NCBI GenBank assembly: GCA_963675755.2
Contig: CAXXMD010000003.1
Span: forward strand, 2,400,001-2,464,000
From: a bacterium
Lineage (GTDB): Bacteria > Zhuqueibacterota > Zhuqueibacteria > Residuimicrobiales > Krinioviventaceae
Direction: 5' to 3'
DNA: 64,000 nucleotides
Below the pieces are notes generated by a model. That model was not told where the DNA came from. It did not search any database and was given only the letters and a program-made list of their open reading frames with translations. The position numbers were made by a program, and so were the translations under genes. This document shows, in pieces, positions 9,720 through 20,259 of the stretch (its first letter is position 1; every line of letters starts with the position of its first letter).

Positions 9720-12700
9720 AAATAACCGAGATGTCGGTCAAGCGCGGAGTAACATTCGCAATGATCTATCTCATTGCGGTGTTTTTCGGTTTGTTTTCGC
9801 TTGCTCGTTTGAAACTTGATTTATATCCAAAGATGGAGATACCCGTTATAGCCATCATTTCACAATATACAGGGGTAGGGCCATTTGATTTGGAAACGGT
9901 TGTGACTCGTCCAATAGAAGAAACCGTTGCCTCTGTGGAAAATGTTAAAACAGTTAGTTCAACAACTTCTCAAGGTTTGTCTCTTGTGACCCTCGAATTT
10001 GAGTGGGGTACAGACATGGACCAGGCAGAGATTGATGTGCGCAACAGTATGGAATGGGTTGATGACTTGTTACCGAATGATGTAACGGATCCCTTGATTT
10101 TTGCTTTTGATCCTTCATCTCAACCAATATTATATCTTACTGTGGATTCTGATATACATGGAATGGCTGAATTACGCAAGATTTCCGAGCATGAAATAGA
10201 GCCCCGTCTTGAACGTATACCGGGTGTTGCGTCTGCATTTACCAATGGCGGCATGGAACGTGAGATAAAAATACAGGTTGATCCCGCGCGACTCCGTGCG
10301 CATAATATGGCGATTGAGCAAGTTTCGAATGCTTTACGAGCCAACAACCTGCAGGTTGCTTCCGGTTGGATTGAAAACGACAAACAGGAATTTTCTATTG
10401 AAACCGCAGGTGAATATACAAGTATAGAGGAAATTGAGAATACCAATATTATGTCTATTGGCAATACCGTGATCAGAATCCGGGATGTTGCAACCGTTGT
10501 TGACGGATTCAAAGAACAACGTCAGCGCATTTGGAATAATGGATCACAAGCTGTAATGCTGATGGTACAGAAACAATCTGATGCCAATACCGTTACAACT
10601 GCTAAAGCGATAGTTTCTCAGTTGGATAATATTGAGAAGGAGTTGCCAGAGGGAATTGAATTAGGTGTCTTTATTGATTTATCGAGCTTTATTACTCGAT
10701 CAATGTCGAATTTGGGATCTACAGCAATTCAGGCAATTTTACTTGCCTTTTTAGTATTATTGTTCTTTTTACGAAATTTTAAAAGTTCAATAATAGTAGC
10801 TGTTTCTATACCTATTTCCATGGTTTTAACTTTTGCAGTAATGGACCAGGCTGATTTGACTTTAAATGTGATCTCTATGGCGGGACTTGCTTTGGCGGTC
10901 GGATTGCTGGTAGATAATTCAATTGTGGTACTGGAAAGTATTTTCCGTTTTCGTGAACAAGGTAGTTCACCTTCAGAGGCAGCTATCAAGGGTGCACAGG
11001 AAGTAGCAATGGCAATTACCGCATCTACTTTAACTACATTGTCAGTGTTTGTACCTGTTTTGTTTGTACCCGGTCTTGCAGGTCAAATGTTCCGGGAGAT
11101 GGTTATTACTATCTGTTTTTCACTGGCTGTATCGTTAATCGTCGCATTAACGTTGATTCCGTTAATGTCTTCAAGATTGATAAAGGTTATTAAAAATGAT
11201 AATAAAGGCCGATTGGGAAAATTGGATAAATCAATCGGTAATGGAATTATAGGTTTACAGAATAAATACACGAATTGGCTCAAATGGTCACTGAATAACC
11301 GCAAAAAGATATTGTGGGGAGTAACAGGATTATTTGTTTTGTTTATGGTTTTAATTTCTACACTTCCCAGAGACTTTTTATCAGAAGGTGATGATGGTTT
11401 TATTGCCATTGCCGTGGATCGTTCTCCAGGAACAAGCCTTGATGATATGGAAGTAACAATGAAACAGATAAATGATATCATTGAAGAAAATGTACCTGAA
11501 GCAGAAATGATATACAGTAATTTTGGCCAGGGTGATGGGATTATGGCCCTGTTTTCATCTCAAACTTCTGCCGAAGGTGATATGTCAATTCGATTACCCA
11601 AAATGACTGAACGGAATCGTTCTGAATTTGATATTCAAGATGCTATTCGTGATACTTTGAATAAAATTCCTGATGCAACAGTTTCTTTTGCTGATCGTGG
11701 ACAGGCGGCAATGATGGGAAGTGGTGTTGATATTGAAGTCAAGGTTATTGGTCATGACCTGGAAATTTCAGAAGCACTTGCTAATGAAATCGCTGATAAA
11801 GTGAAAGATATTGAAGGAGTAGTTTTTGTAGAAACGAGTATGCGTGAAGCTCGCCCCGAACTCAAAGTGAATCTTGATAGAAAGCGAATTGCTGATTTGG
11901 GATTGAGTACAGCGCAGGTTGGTAGTGCTGTGAGTACCAGTATTTTAGGTTCTGTGGTTACCCAGTATCGTGAACAAGGTGATGAATATGATGTTAGAGT
12001 ACAGTTTGATAAAGAACATCGTAAGGAAAAACAAGACCTTGAAAATATTCTGATAATGACTCCCTCGGGTAGACAAGTTCCATTACGTGCCTTGGCACAA
12101 ATTGAATATTCCACAGCACCACAGGAAATTACCCGAGAGGATCAGGAAAGATATATTAGTGTTAACATAGATAAAGGTACAAGTGATTTAAATAAAGTAA
12201 CTGCTGAAGTTAAATCTGTGTTGAATCAAGTTCCAGTGCCCAATGGTTTCCGTTTGGAAATTGGTGGTGCTGCGGAAGATATGCAGGAATCATTTGGTTA
12301 TTTAGGACTTGCTATGTTGGTTGCAATCTTGTTGACCTATATGGTTATGGCGTCACAGTTTGAAAGTTTTGTTGATCCGTTCATTATCATGTTTACCATC
12401 CCCTTGTCACTTATTGGTGTGTCTTTGGGGTTATTTGTCACTCATACAACATTAAGTGTAATGGCGCTAGTTGGTATTATTATGCTGGTGGGTATAGTGG
12501 TGAACAATGGTATTGTGTTGGTGGATTATATAAACCAACTTCGTGATCGTGGTATGGAATTGTTTGAAGCTATTCTTGAAGCCGGTTCTGTTCGTATGCG
12601 GCCGGTGTTAATGACCGCATTGACCACAATCCTGGCAATGCTGCCTATGGCACTGGGACTCGGTGAGAGTGGTGAATCCTGGGCGCCTATGGCACGCTCC

Positions 12701-12844
12701 GTTATGGGCGGTATGGCAGTGGCAACGTTATTAACACTTGTGATTGTGCCGGTTATTTATGCATCGGTTGAAGAATCGAATGCAAAGCGAAAGGCCAAAC
12801 GTAAAGCCAGAAAAGAAGCAAAATTATACATGCCGAAAGCTTAA
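9716..12844 (+). CDS. AcrB/AcrD/AcrF family RND permease
   Basis: 1042 aa; GLLVDNSIVVLE, GIVVNNGIVLVD and RMRPVLMTALTT motifs. Confidence 0.95.
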   Translation: MKITEMSVKRGVTFAMIYLIAVFFGLFSLARLKLDLYPKMEIPVIAIISQYTGVGPFDLETVVTRPIEETVASVENVKTVSSTTSQGLSLVTLEFEWGTDMDQAEIDVRNSMEWVDDLLPNDVTDPLIFAFDPSSQPILYLTVDSDIHGMAELRKISEHEIEPRLERIPGVASAFTNGGMEREIKIQVDPARLRAHNMAIEQVSNALRANNLQVASGWIENDKQEFSIETAGEYTSIEEIENTNIMSIGNTVIRIRDVATVVDGFKEQRQRIWNNGSQAVMLMVQKQSDANTVTTAKAIVSQLDNIEKELPEGIELGVFIDLSSFITRSMSNLGSTAIQAILLAFLVLLFFLRNFKSSIIVAVSIPISMVLTFAVMDQADLTLNVISMAGLALAVGLLVDNSIVVLESIFRFREQGSSPSEAAIKGAQEVAMAITASTLTTLSVFVPVLFVPGLAGQMFREMVITICFSLAVSLIVALTLIPLMSSRLIKVIKNDNKGRLGKLDKSIGNGIIGLQNKYTNWLKWSLNNRKKILWGVTGLFVLFMVLISTLPRDFLSEGDDGFIAIAVDRSPGTSLDDMEVTMKQINDIIEENVPEAEMIYSNFGQGDGIMALFSSQTSAEGDMSIRLPKMTERNRSEFDIQDAIRDTLNKIPDATVSFADRGQAAMMGSGVDIEVKVIGHDLEISEALANEIADKVKDIEGVVFVETSMREARPELKVNLDRKRIADLGLSTAQVGSAVSTSILGSVVTQYREQGDEYDVRVQFDKEHRKEKQDLENILIMTPSGRQVPLRALAQIEYSTAPQEITREDQERYISVNIDKGTSDLNKVTAEVKSVLNQVPVPNGFRLEIGGAAEDMQESFGYLGLAMLVAILLTYMVMASQFESFVDPFIIMFTIPLSLIGVSLGLFVTHTTLSVMALVGIIMLVGIVVNNGIVLVDYINQLRDRGMELFEAILEAGSVRMRPVLMTALTTILAMLPMALGLGESGESWAPMARSVMGGMAVATLLTLVIVPVIYASVEESNAKRKAKRKARKEAKLYMPKA

Positions 12845-12849
12845 TTTTT

Positions 12850-12881
12850 AAGGCCCCGGAGTTATCCGGGGCCTTTTTTTT
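12850..12881 (+). terminator. Rho-independent terminator
   Basis: AAGGCCCCGGA-gtta-TCCGGGGCCTT followed by a T run. Confidence 0.9.
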
Positions 12882-12884
12882 ACC

Positions 12885-12910
12885 TGTAACCTTTGATCTG
12901 TTTTTTCGTA
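12885..12910 (+). promoter_or_regulatory. ECF sigma promoter
   Basis: TGTAAC-N16-CGTA, 24 bp before the DUF4097 start and just after the terminator. Confidence 0.6.
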
Positions 12911-12934
12911 AACCAGAAAAAGGAGGTGCAGGTT

Positions 12935-13723
12935 ATGCGTATAAAATTTTGGATTGTTTTTGTGAGTTTGGCGCTGGCAGTGCAGGGATTTGCAGCCAGT
13001 GTTGAACGAGAGTTTGAACGGGAATATGATCTTGACCGTGACGGTATTGTAAATGTGAAAAATGTAAATGGCGAGCTTGTTGTAAAATCCTGGAACGATG
13101 ATAAAGTCAGGATCTATGCCGAGATCAAGGTGAAAAGCGGTAGCCATAGAAAAGCAGAAGACTTTATGGACAAGGTCAAGATTGAGGTTAAACGACATGG
13201 GGACGAAATATCCATTGAGCCGGATTATCCCAAGCGTGACGATGGTGGATTTATGGATATGTTGTTCAGCAATAAAAAGCCGTCTGTAACCGTGGATTTT
13301 ACCATCTCAGTGCCTCGTGAGGCTACAGTCAATGCACGCTCTGTTAATGGTGCTGTCAAAGTTACAGATATTGGCGGACTTGCGGAACTCAAAACGGTGA
13401 ATGGCGGCATTACCGCCAAAGGTATGGGCAATTCAGTTAGTGCGAATACTACAAACGGTGGGATCAGTGTAGAGATAGACGAGTCTTTAATTCGTCAGGA
13501 AATGGATTTTCATACAGTTAATGGCAGTATCAAACTTTATCTCAGAGATGATATAGGCGCATATTTTAATTTGTCTACGGTTAATGGCAGTATCCGGACC
13601 GATTTTCCGATAAAGATGTCAGGGGATATTGATACCAAACGGATACAGGGTAAAATCAATGACGGTGGACCCGAGATCAAGATGAAAACCGTGAACGGCA
13701 GTATTTCTATTCAGGAATTGTAG
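12935..13723 (+). CDS. DUF4097 family beta-strand repeat protein (secreted)
   Basis: AGGAGG RBS; signal peptide; repeated (T/S/N)VNG.I motifs. Confidence 0.85.
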   Translation: MRIKFWIVFVSLALAVQGFAASVEREFEREYDLDRDGIVNVKNVNGELVVKSWNDDKVRIYAEIKVKSGSHRKAEDFMDKVKIEVKRHGDEISIEPDYPKRDDGGFMDMLFSNKKPSVTVDFTISVPREATVNARSVNGAVKVTDIGGLAELKTVNGGITAKGMGNSVSANTTNGGISVEIDESLIRQEMDFHTVNGSIKLYLRDDIGAYFNLSTVNGSIRTDFPIKMSGDIDTKRIQGKINDGGPEIKMKTVNGSISIQEL

Positions 13724-13759
13724 AATAATATCTCATGTAAATATATTTAGGTGATTGAT

Positions 13760-14128
13760 AAACCGGTGCTTCGATACGTTCCTAACCTATTATAAATACT
13801 TGCCCGGCACCTAGCAATATAATTTAATATCCTATTTGGGTTCCAAGGCAGAGCCTTGGAACCAGGAGGAACCGGTGCTTTAATACGTCCCGGATTTACA
13901 ATAAAGAATTACCCGGCAAATTTAATCCCAAACTACCCCTAATCTTTTCCTTGTTCCAGGACTCTGCCTGGGGACGATCATTATTTAATTTAATATCTTA
14001 TTGGGTCCCAAGGCCGAGCCTTGGAACCAGGATGGAAACCGGTGCCTGAGTACTCGTTAGTCCATTTTAATGGACTGACGAGTGTATCGAAGGCTCGGTT
14101 TTATAATAGATTCTTGCCGGGCAATTCC
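13760..14128. repeat. Cluster of REP-like palindromes (BIME/REPIN-like mosaic)
   Basis: GGTTCCAAGGCAGAGCCTTGGAACC (13839-13863); inverted degenerate copy 13953-13975; third copy 14004-14028; long hairpin 14037-14101; ~58-bp direct repeat 13821-13878 vs 13987-14045. Confidence 0.75.
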
Positions 14129-14178
14129 TGTTTTAAAATCCTCAAATCTTAAAATGCAATAAAGAAAAAAGTCTTTTC

Positions 14179-14207
14179 TTGAATTTTGTATTCGCATATT
14201 GTATATT
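14179..14207 (+). promoter_or_regulatory. Putative sigma70 promoter of pepD
   Basis: TTGAAT-N17-TATATT. Confidence 0.45.
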
Positions 14208-14245
14208 CGAACATATAGAAATGCATTTTAAAATCCGGAGGACTT

Positions 14246-15697
14246 ATGGCTGTTATTACCGATTTTGAACCCAAACTCGTATGGAAATACTTTGATGAAA
14301 TACGTCAAGTTCCCAGAGCATCTGGTGATGAAAAACGTATTTCCGATTACCTGGTTTCGGTTGCTAAAAAGCTGGGCCTGGAATATGAACAAGACAAAGA
14401 GCTGAACGTACTTATCCGTAAAGGTGCTTCAGCTGGTTACGAATCTGCACCCACCGTTGTGTTACAATCACATATGGACATGGTTTGCGAAAAAAATTCA
14501 GATACTGAATTTGATTTTGATAATGATCCTATCAAACTGAAATTTGATGGTGAGTGGCTCAAAGCAGATGGTACCACACTGGGAGCTGACAATGGCATTG
14601 GTATGGCAACTGCATTGGCAATCCTTGAAGATGAGAGCGTGAAACACGGTCCATTGGAAGCTATTTTTACTGTAGATGAAGAACGCGGACTGGTTGGTGC
14701 AATGACCATTGATACCAGCTGGCTCAAAGGTAACATTATGCTGAACCTTGACAGTGAAGACCTGGGACTGTTCTCTATTGGTTGCGCCGGTGGCAGAGAC
14801 TCGCATATGACTTTACCACTGAAAAGAGTGAACGCCAAAGGCGATCAGCTTGTAGAGATCAAATTGTTTGGACTGCGTGGAGGCCATTCTGGTGTAGATA
14901 TCCATGAAGGTCGCGGAAACGCACTCAAGATCATCAACCGCTTACTGTTCCAGTTGGACAAAGTAGTTCCCCTTGAATTTGTCTGTTATGAAGGTGGAGA
15001 CAAACATAATGCAATCCCGCGTGAAGCATTTGCTCGGGTTGTGATTAAAAAGACAGAACTTGATAATGTTAAAAAATGGATGGAGACGGCAGTAGATTGT
15101 ATCCGCAGCGAATTCAGTCCGGTTGAGAAAAATATCCAGTATTCTGTTACCGCATTAGAATCTGTTCCTGATGTTATGGATGCCACAAGTCAGAAAACAT
15201 TGCTCTCACTTCTCTTTGCCTTGCCTCACGGACCTCTTGCTTATAGCAGAGATATTGCCGGTTTGGTGGAAACATCGAACAATGTAGCATCAATCAAATG
15301 CTCAGATACCGAAGCAAAAATTCATCTTAGCAGCCGCAGTTCCAATGATTGCGCCTTGCAGGCAACCGTAGATAAATTGGTGGCGATAGCAGATCTGGCA
15401 GGAGCTTCTATTGAACAGCCACAGGGTTACCCTGGCTGGCAGCCTAATCTGGACTCTCCCTTGCTTAAAGTCACTATGGATGCTTATAAAGAAGTAACAG
15501 GAGAAGATGCCCGTTACGAAGCCATTCATGCCGGTTTGGAATGCGGCCTGATTGGTGAGAAATTCCCGGGTATGGACATGATCTCTATTGGGCCTGATAT
15601 TAAACACCCGCATTCACCTGACGAGTGTGTACATATTGGTACGGTAGATACCTATTATAAACATACATTAAAAGTTCTTGAAAAATTGACCGCATAA
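14246..15697 (+). CDS. pepD: Aminoacyl-histidine dipeptidase (M20C peptidase D)
   Basis: LQSHMDMVCEK, GTTLGADNGIG, TVDEE, GGHSG and IHAGLECG motifs. Confidence 0.95.
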   Translation: MAVITDFEPKLVWKYFDEIRQVPRASGDEKRISDYLVSVAKKLGLEYEQDKELNVLIRKGASAGYESAPTVVLQSHMDMVCEKNSDTEFDFDNDPIKLKFDGEWLKADGTTLGADNGIGMATALAILEDESVKHGPLEAIFTVDEERGLVGAMTIDTSWLKGNIMLNLDSEDLGLFSIGCAGGRDSHMTLPLKRVNAKGDQLVEIKLFGLRGGHSGVDIHEGRGNALKIINRLLFQLDKVVPLEFVCYEGGDKHNAIPREAFARVVIKKTELDNVKKWMETAVDCIRSEFSPVEKNIQYSVTALESVPDVMDATSQKTLLSLLFALPHGPLAYSRDIAGLVETSNNVASIKCSDTEAKIHLSSRSSNDCALQATVDKLVAIADLAGASIEQPQGYPGWQPNLDSPLLKVTMDAYKEVTGEDARYEAIHAGLECGLIGEKFPGMDMISIGPDIKHPHSPDECVHIGTVDTYYKHTLKVLEKLTA

Positions 15698-15726
15698 AAA
15701 ATCCGCCTTTTGGCGGATTTTTTTTT
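15696..15726 (+). terminator. Rho-independent terminator
   Basis: AAAAAATCCGCC-tttt-GGCGGATTTTTTTTT. Confidence 0.9.
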
Positions 15727-15849
15727 CGGGGGACCTTAATTATTATACTGATATACAAATTTTACGGAATAAAAAATACATTCAAGTGTCTTAATAGTAG
15801 CAAGCTATACATGCATTTCGGAATGTTTTAAATGATTTCTTGGGAAAAC

Positions 15850-15875
15850 TGAAACTTTTTTTTCTATTGAACGTC
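15850..15875 (+). promoter_or_regulatory. ECF sigma promoter
   Basis: TGAAAC-N16-CGTC upstream of the Yip1/TolC/MacAB-like operon. Confidence 0.62.
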
Positions 15876-15921
15876 TTTCATGTTAGCCTGCAACAACAAC
15901 CTTTTTATGGAGGAAGGAACC

Positions 15922-16647
15922 ATGTCAGAACAACATCCAGCTATTGATAACACCCCTGTTGAAAAGGAAATTAATTTTCTGGGCCGATTGGTAGGCGTTT
16001 TTACATCACCAGGAGCCGCATTCCAATCCATCGCACGAAAACCGGGGTGGGTAATTCCTTTGCTGGTTTTAATTGCCTTGAATCTGGGTTACATGTTTGT
16101 TTTGCAGCCGGTGTTAGTTAATGAACAACAGCAAAAAACCAAACAAAGTCTTGAAGAAAAAAATGTAGACAGTGAACAACAAGAAGTCATACTGACCCAA
16201 TCCGCAAAATGGATGAAAATAACCATGTTGCCTATTGGAGCGATCAGTATGTTTATTGTTGTGCTTATAACTGCGGGTGTCTGGTTGTTTTTCAGCAATA
16301 CAGTTCTGGGAGGTACCGCAAATTATAAACAACTGTTAAGCGTGGTCACCTATACCAGCTATATTGGATTTGTGGGGCAGTTGATAAAATTACCAATTAA
16401 TTTAACGCAGGAAACCATGAATGTACATTTCAGCCTTGCTACATTCATGTCTGACGACCTTTTAAAAACCTTTTTATATAAATTTCTTGCCAGTGTAGAA
16501 TTGTTCAATATCTGGACAGTAATTGCGCTCAGTATTGGTATTGCAGTTGTTGCAAAGTTGAATACAAAAAAAGTATGGCCGGTTGTTGCAATTGTATATC
16601 TGGTGTTTTTTGTGGGTTCTGCAGCGCTTGGCAGTAAATTTGGTTAA
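15922..16647 (+). CDS. Yip1 family membrane protein (YknW-like)
   Basis: RLVGVFTSPGAAFQSIARKP motif; about 5 TM segments; context with MFP and ABC genes. Confidence 0.85.
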   Translation: MSEQHPAIDNTPVEKEINFLGRLVGVFTSPGAAFQSIARKPGWVIPLLVLIALNLGYMFVLQPVLVNEQQQKTKQSLEEKNVDSEQQEVILTQSAKWMKITMLPIGAISMFIVVLITAGVWLFFSNTVLGGTANYKQLLSVVTYTSYIGFVGQLIKLPINLTQETMNVHFSLATFMSDDLLKTFLYKFLASVELFNIWTVIALSIGIAVVAKLNTKKVWPVVAIVYLVFFVGSAALGSKFG

Positions 16648-16707
16648 AATTGAATTAACATAGAAACAGTAGGAACTCTGAAACAATCATAACAGGATGG
16701 TGTGCTC

Positions 16708-18078
16708 ATGATCAAACGAAACGCAACTATGTTGGTGGTGTTTGTCCTTTTTCTTACCAGTGCATTACTTGCACAAGAAACCAAACCCCTGACACTTGAT
16801 GAATGTGTTCAAATCGCTTTACAAAACAACTCGTCTCTAAAAATATCTGGATACCAGGTAGAATCCGCAGAGACTTCTGTAACTTCAGCTCGTGCAAATT
16901 TTTTACCCAAAATCAACTCTTCATTCAGTTCCGGCAAATATATACAGGGTGCCAGAGTGACCAAAATGGACGTTCCGACCGGTGAAGTAGATTCTGAAAC
17001 GGGTGGTGTAATTTATGAAGAAAAATCCGTTTTGCAGGACCGTACCGAACGTAACTCTCACAGCGCGTCCGTTTCATTATCCCAGAATATTTTTGATTTT
17101 GGGAAAAGTATGAACAATCTGAAAAGCAACAAAGCCGGAAAAACTTCAATGGAACACTCGCTCAAGAATACACGCAATGATGTTATTGCCGGTGTAAAAC
17201 AAGCGTTTTATGAATTGTTGAAACAATACCGTCTCAAAGAAGTGTATGAAGAAGCTGTTCAAGTTTCAAATGATGAGGTTAGCCGCGTTCAAACCATGAT
17301 GGAAATTGGTCTTTCTTCACAGGCTGAAGTATATCAGGCACGGGTTACTTTGAATAACAGCAAAACCACTTTACTGAACCAGGTAAACAATATTGAACTG
17401 GCAAAAGCAGATCTGAACAATGCATTGGGCAGGTTCCCCAGTGATCCCCTCGAAATTGTACCGGAAAACGCGGATGCGATTTTCCCCGAATATAGTTTTG
17501 AAAAAGCTTCAGATCTGGCTGTTGAAAATAATGAATATCTGAAAGCTCTGGAACAGGAAGTAAAAGCAAATTCATACAATATTAAATATGCCAAAAGTGC
17601 CTATTTCCCAAGCATTGGTGGAAGTGCTTCTTACTCCCGTAGTAATACCGATTTCTCTCGTGTTTATTCTAGCAAACTCGATCAGGATTTTTCAATAACA
17701 ATGGGAGTGGGGGTAGACCTGAATATCTTTAATGGCTTTTCAGACAAGGCATCTGTACAGCGTAATACCATTCAGTATAATATTGCAGTCGAAAATCTTG
17801 AAGAAGCCAAACGTACATTATTATCCAGTGTAAAACAATATTATTTACAACTGAATGCTTATAAAGACATCATTGAGATGAACAAGCTGAATATTGAAGC
17901 CTATGAAGAAAATCTGCGCTTGCAGCAGGAAAAACGCCGTGTAGGTTCGGGTACTGAGCTGGAAGTTACCCAGGCACAGTACGACCTGACAAGCGCGCGA
18001 TCTGATTTGATCTCTGCTGAATTTGAGGCCAAGACCGTTATTGCGCAGCTTGAAGCCGCTTTGGGAATTATAGAATAA
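16708..18078 (+). CDS. TolC family outer membrane protein
   Basis: Signal peptide; LTLDECVQIALQNN start; OEP repeats (alternative start GTG 16702). Confidence 0.92.
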   Translation: MIKRNATMLVVFVLFLTSALLAQETKPLTLDECVQIALQNNSSLKISGYQVESAETSVTSARANFLPKINSSFSSGKYIQGARVTKMDVPTGEVDSETGGVIYEEKSVLQDRTERNSHSASVSLSQNIFDFGKSMNNLKSNKAGKTSMEHSLKNTRNDVIAGVKQAFYELLKQYRLKEVYEEAVQVSNDEVSRVQTMMEIGLSSQAEVYQARVTLNNSKTTLLNQVNNIELAKADLNNALGRFPSDPLEIVPENADAIFPEYSFEKASDLAVENNEYLKALEQEVKANSYNIKYAKSAYFPSIGGSASYSRSNTDFSRVYSSKLDQDFSITMGVGVDLNIFNGFSDKASVQRNTIQYNIAVENLEEAKRTLLSSVKQYYLQLNAYKDIIEMNKLNIEAYEENLRLQQEKRRVGSGTELEVTQAQYDLTSARSDLISAEFEAKTVIAQLEAALGIIE

Positions 18079-18320
18079 TTGTTAAATTATGGTAAGGCCG
18101 TTATCCTCCTGCAGCACCATCCTTAACGGCTTTACATTGTGTGATGAGACCATTTGACAGTAGTTATCTTGTACATTTATTGCTGTATACGGGTTCTCAT
18201 TTTTGAAATATTTTACTATTACACATAGATCTGTTATTAAAAGTTTTCCCTCTTGAAATTGAGGGGGCTATCCTGTTGATTGCAGAGTAAGAGGTATTAA
18301 CCAAAATTTGGGAGTCGTTC

Positions 18321-19550
18321 ATGTCAAAGAAATGGAAAATCGTTCTGGCAATCCTTCTTTTAGTGCTTGTTGGATTTATGATGTTTTTCATGATGAATAA
18401 AAAGCGGGGAAAATCGTTTGATGTAACTACAGTCACCGTTCAACAAGGTGATATTACAAAAACGGTATCAGGGTCCGGGTTTATTCAGCCGGAAGTGGAT
18501 GTTCAAATCTCGGCGCGTATTTCTGCTGAAATCATAAGAATTCATGTAGAAGAAGGTGATACTGTACGAAAAGGACAGTTGCTGGTTGAACTTGATCGTG
18601 AACGATATCTTGCCCAGGTCGAACAGGCGGAATCCGGGGTTTTATCTGCAAAAGCATCTCTGAAAAAAACAAAGGCTGATTATAACCGAATTAAAGATTT
18701 GTATGACCAAAAACTGACTTCCAAATCTGAACTCGATGCTGCTGAAGCCAGTATGCTATTGGCCCAAAGTGATGTAAAAATCAGTTCAGCCTCTTTAAAA
18801 CAATCTCAAGATTATCTTGCCAAAACCAGTTTGCTGGCTCCCATGAATGGTGTTGTAACCAAGCTCTATAAAGAAGAAGGTGAAATTGCTGTAGGTTCTG
18901 AATTTAATGCTGACCCGGTAATTACAGTTTCTGATTTGAGCAAGATGGAAGTGTTGGCCGAAATCGATGAAAATGATGTGGTAATGTTGGAATTGCATGA
19001 TGAAACCAAGATCGAAATTGATGCGATTCCGGATACACTGTTTGAAGGTAAAGTGTCTGAAATTGCTCATGAAGCTACCACAAGAGGACGCGGTACCCAG
19101 GAACAGGTAACAAACTTTGAAGTAAAAATTGCGGTTACAGACCAGGTTGATAAACTTAGACCCGGTATGACTGCAACTGTAGACATTAGCACCGATACCC
19201 ACAAAGATGTATTGTTTATCCCCATTCAGTGTGTAACCATGAAAAATGTTCCCAATGATACTACAAAAACTGATGGTAATGAAAAAGATTCTGCGGACAA
19301 AAAGAAAGCCGGAAAAGACGATGGCGAGATGCAGGAAGCCGTTTTTGTTGTAAGGGATGATAAAGTAGAAATTGTTGGTGTGGAAACCGGAATTAGTGAT
19401 GATACCTATATCGAGATATTATCCGGCCTTGAAAAAGGGGAGACAGTGGTTTCTGGCAGCTATAAAGCAATTTCTCAGGAGCTTAAAGATGGCAGTTTGG
19501 TTAACACAAAACCTGACAAAAGCTTTAAAGTCGAAGAAAAATCAGAATAA
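18321..19550 (+). CDS. Efflux periplasmic adaptor subunit (MacA/YknX-like)
   Basis: N-terminal TM; VEEGDTVRKGQLL, APMNGVV and LRPGMTA motifs. Confidence 0.92.
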   Translation: MSKKWKIVLAILLLVLVGFMMFFMMNKKRGKSFDVTTVTVQQGDITKTVSGSGFIQPEVDVQISARISAEIIRIHVEEGDTVRKGQLLVELDRERYLAQVEQAESGVLSAKASLKKTKADYNRIKDLYDQKLTSKSELDAAEASMLLAQSDVKISSASLKQSQDYLAKTSLLAPMNGVVTKLYKEEGEIAVGSEFNADPVITVSDLSKMEVLAEIDENDVVMLELHDETKIEIDAIPDTLFEGKVSEIAHEATTRGRGTQEQVTNFEVKIAVTDQVDKLRPGMTATVDISTDTHKDVLFIPIQCVTMKNVPNDTTKTDGNEKDSADKKKAGKDDGEMQEAVFVVRDDKVEIVGVETGISDDTYIEILSGLEKGETVVSGSYKAISQELKDGSLVNTKPDKSFKVEEKSE

Positions 19551-19565
19551 GAAAGGAAGGGCAGG

Positions 19566-20249
19566 ATGTTAATCAGTCTCGATAAAATTGAAAAAACCTA
19601 TGAAATTGGTGGTATGGTTCGGGTGCCGGCTCTCAAGAGTGTTAATTTAACTATTGCTCAGAATGAATATGTAGCCATTATGGGCCCTTCCGGTTCCGGG
19701 AAATCTACTTTGATGAATATTTTAGGTTGTTTAGACACCCCAACAAGTGGTGATTATATTTTGAATAACAGCAATGTTAGTGAAATGATAGATGATGAGC
19801 TGGCAGAGATCCGCAACAGGGAAATTGGGTTTGTTTTTCAGACCTTTAATCTATTACCTCGTGCAAACGCATTGCATAATGTTGAATTACCCCTGATTTA
19901 TAATGGAACCCCCGCAGCTCAACGTAAAAAATTGGCAGAGCAGGCTTTGTCTCGAGTGGGGCTTGAAGATCGAATGCATCACAAACCTAATGAACTTTCA
20001 GGTGGTCAGCGGCAGCGTGTTGCTATTGCCAGAGCATTGGTAAACAATCCATCGATCATTCTTGCGGATGAGCCAACAGGTAACCTTGACAGCCGTACAG
20101 GTGAAGAAATTATGGAAATTTTTGAAGACCTGCACGATGCCGGTAATACCATTGTGCTTGTTACGCATGAAGAATACATTGCAGAGCATTCTGACCGTAT
20201 TATCCGCTTGCGTGACGGATTAATTGAACGTGATGAAGCTGTAAACTAA
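19566..20249 (+). CDS. ABC ATP-binding protein (MacB/YknY-like)
   Basis: [30 protein letters not shown]. Confidence 0.95.
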   Translation: MLISLDKIEKTYEIGGMVRVPALKSVNLTIAQNEYVAIMGPSGSGKSTLMNILGCLDTPTSGDYILNNSNVSEMIDDELAEIRNREIGFVFQTFNLLPRANALHNVELPLIYNGTPAAQRKKLAEQALSRVGLEDRMHHKPNELSGGQRQRVAIARALVNNPSIILADEPTGNLDSRTGEEIMEIFEDLHDAGNTIVLVTHEEYIAEHSDRIIRLRDGLIERDEAVN

Positions 20250-20259
20250 TAGGCAGATT

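Noticed and set aside
13760-14128. Possible CRISPR array
   Set aside because: Repeats are in mixed orientation with irregular spacing and shared flanks; no unique equal-length spacers and no cas genes.
16679-16704. TGAAAC-N16-TGTG before the second tolC as another ECF promoter
   Set aside because: Poor -10 match, and it overlaps the start codon region, leaving no room for a leader.
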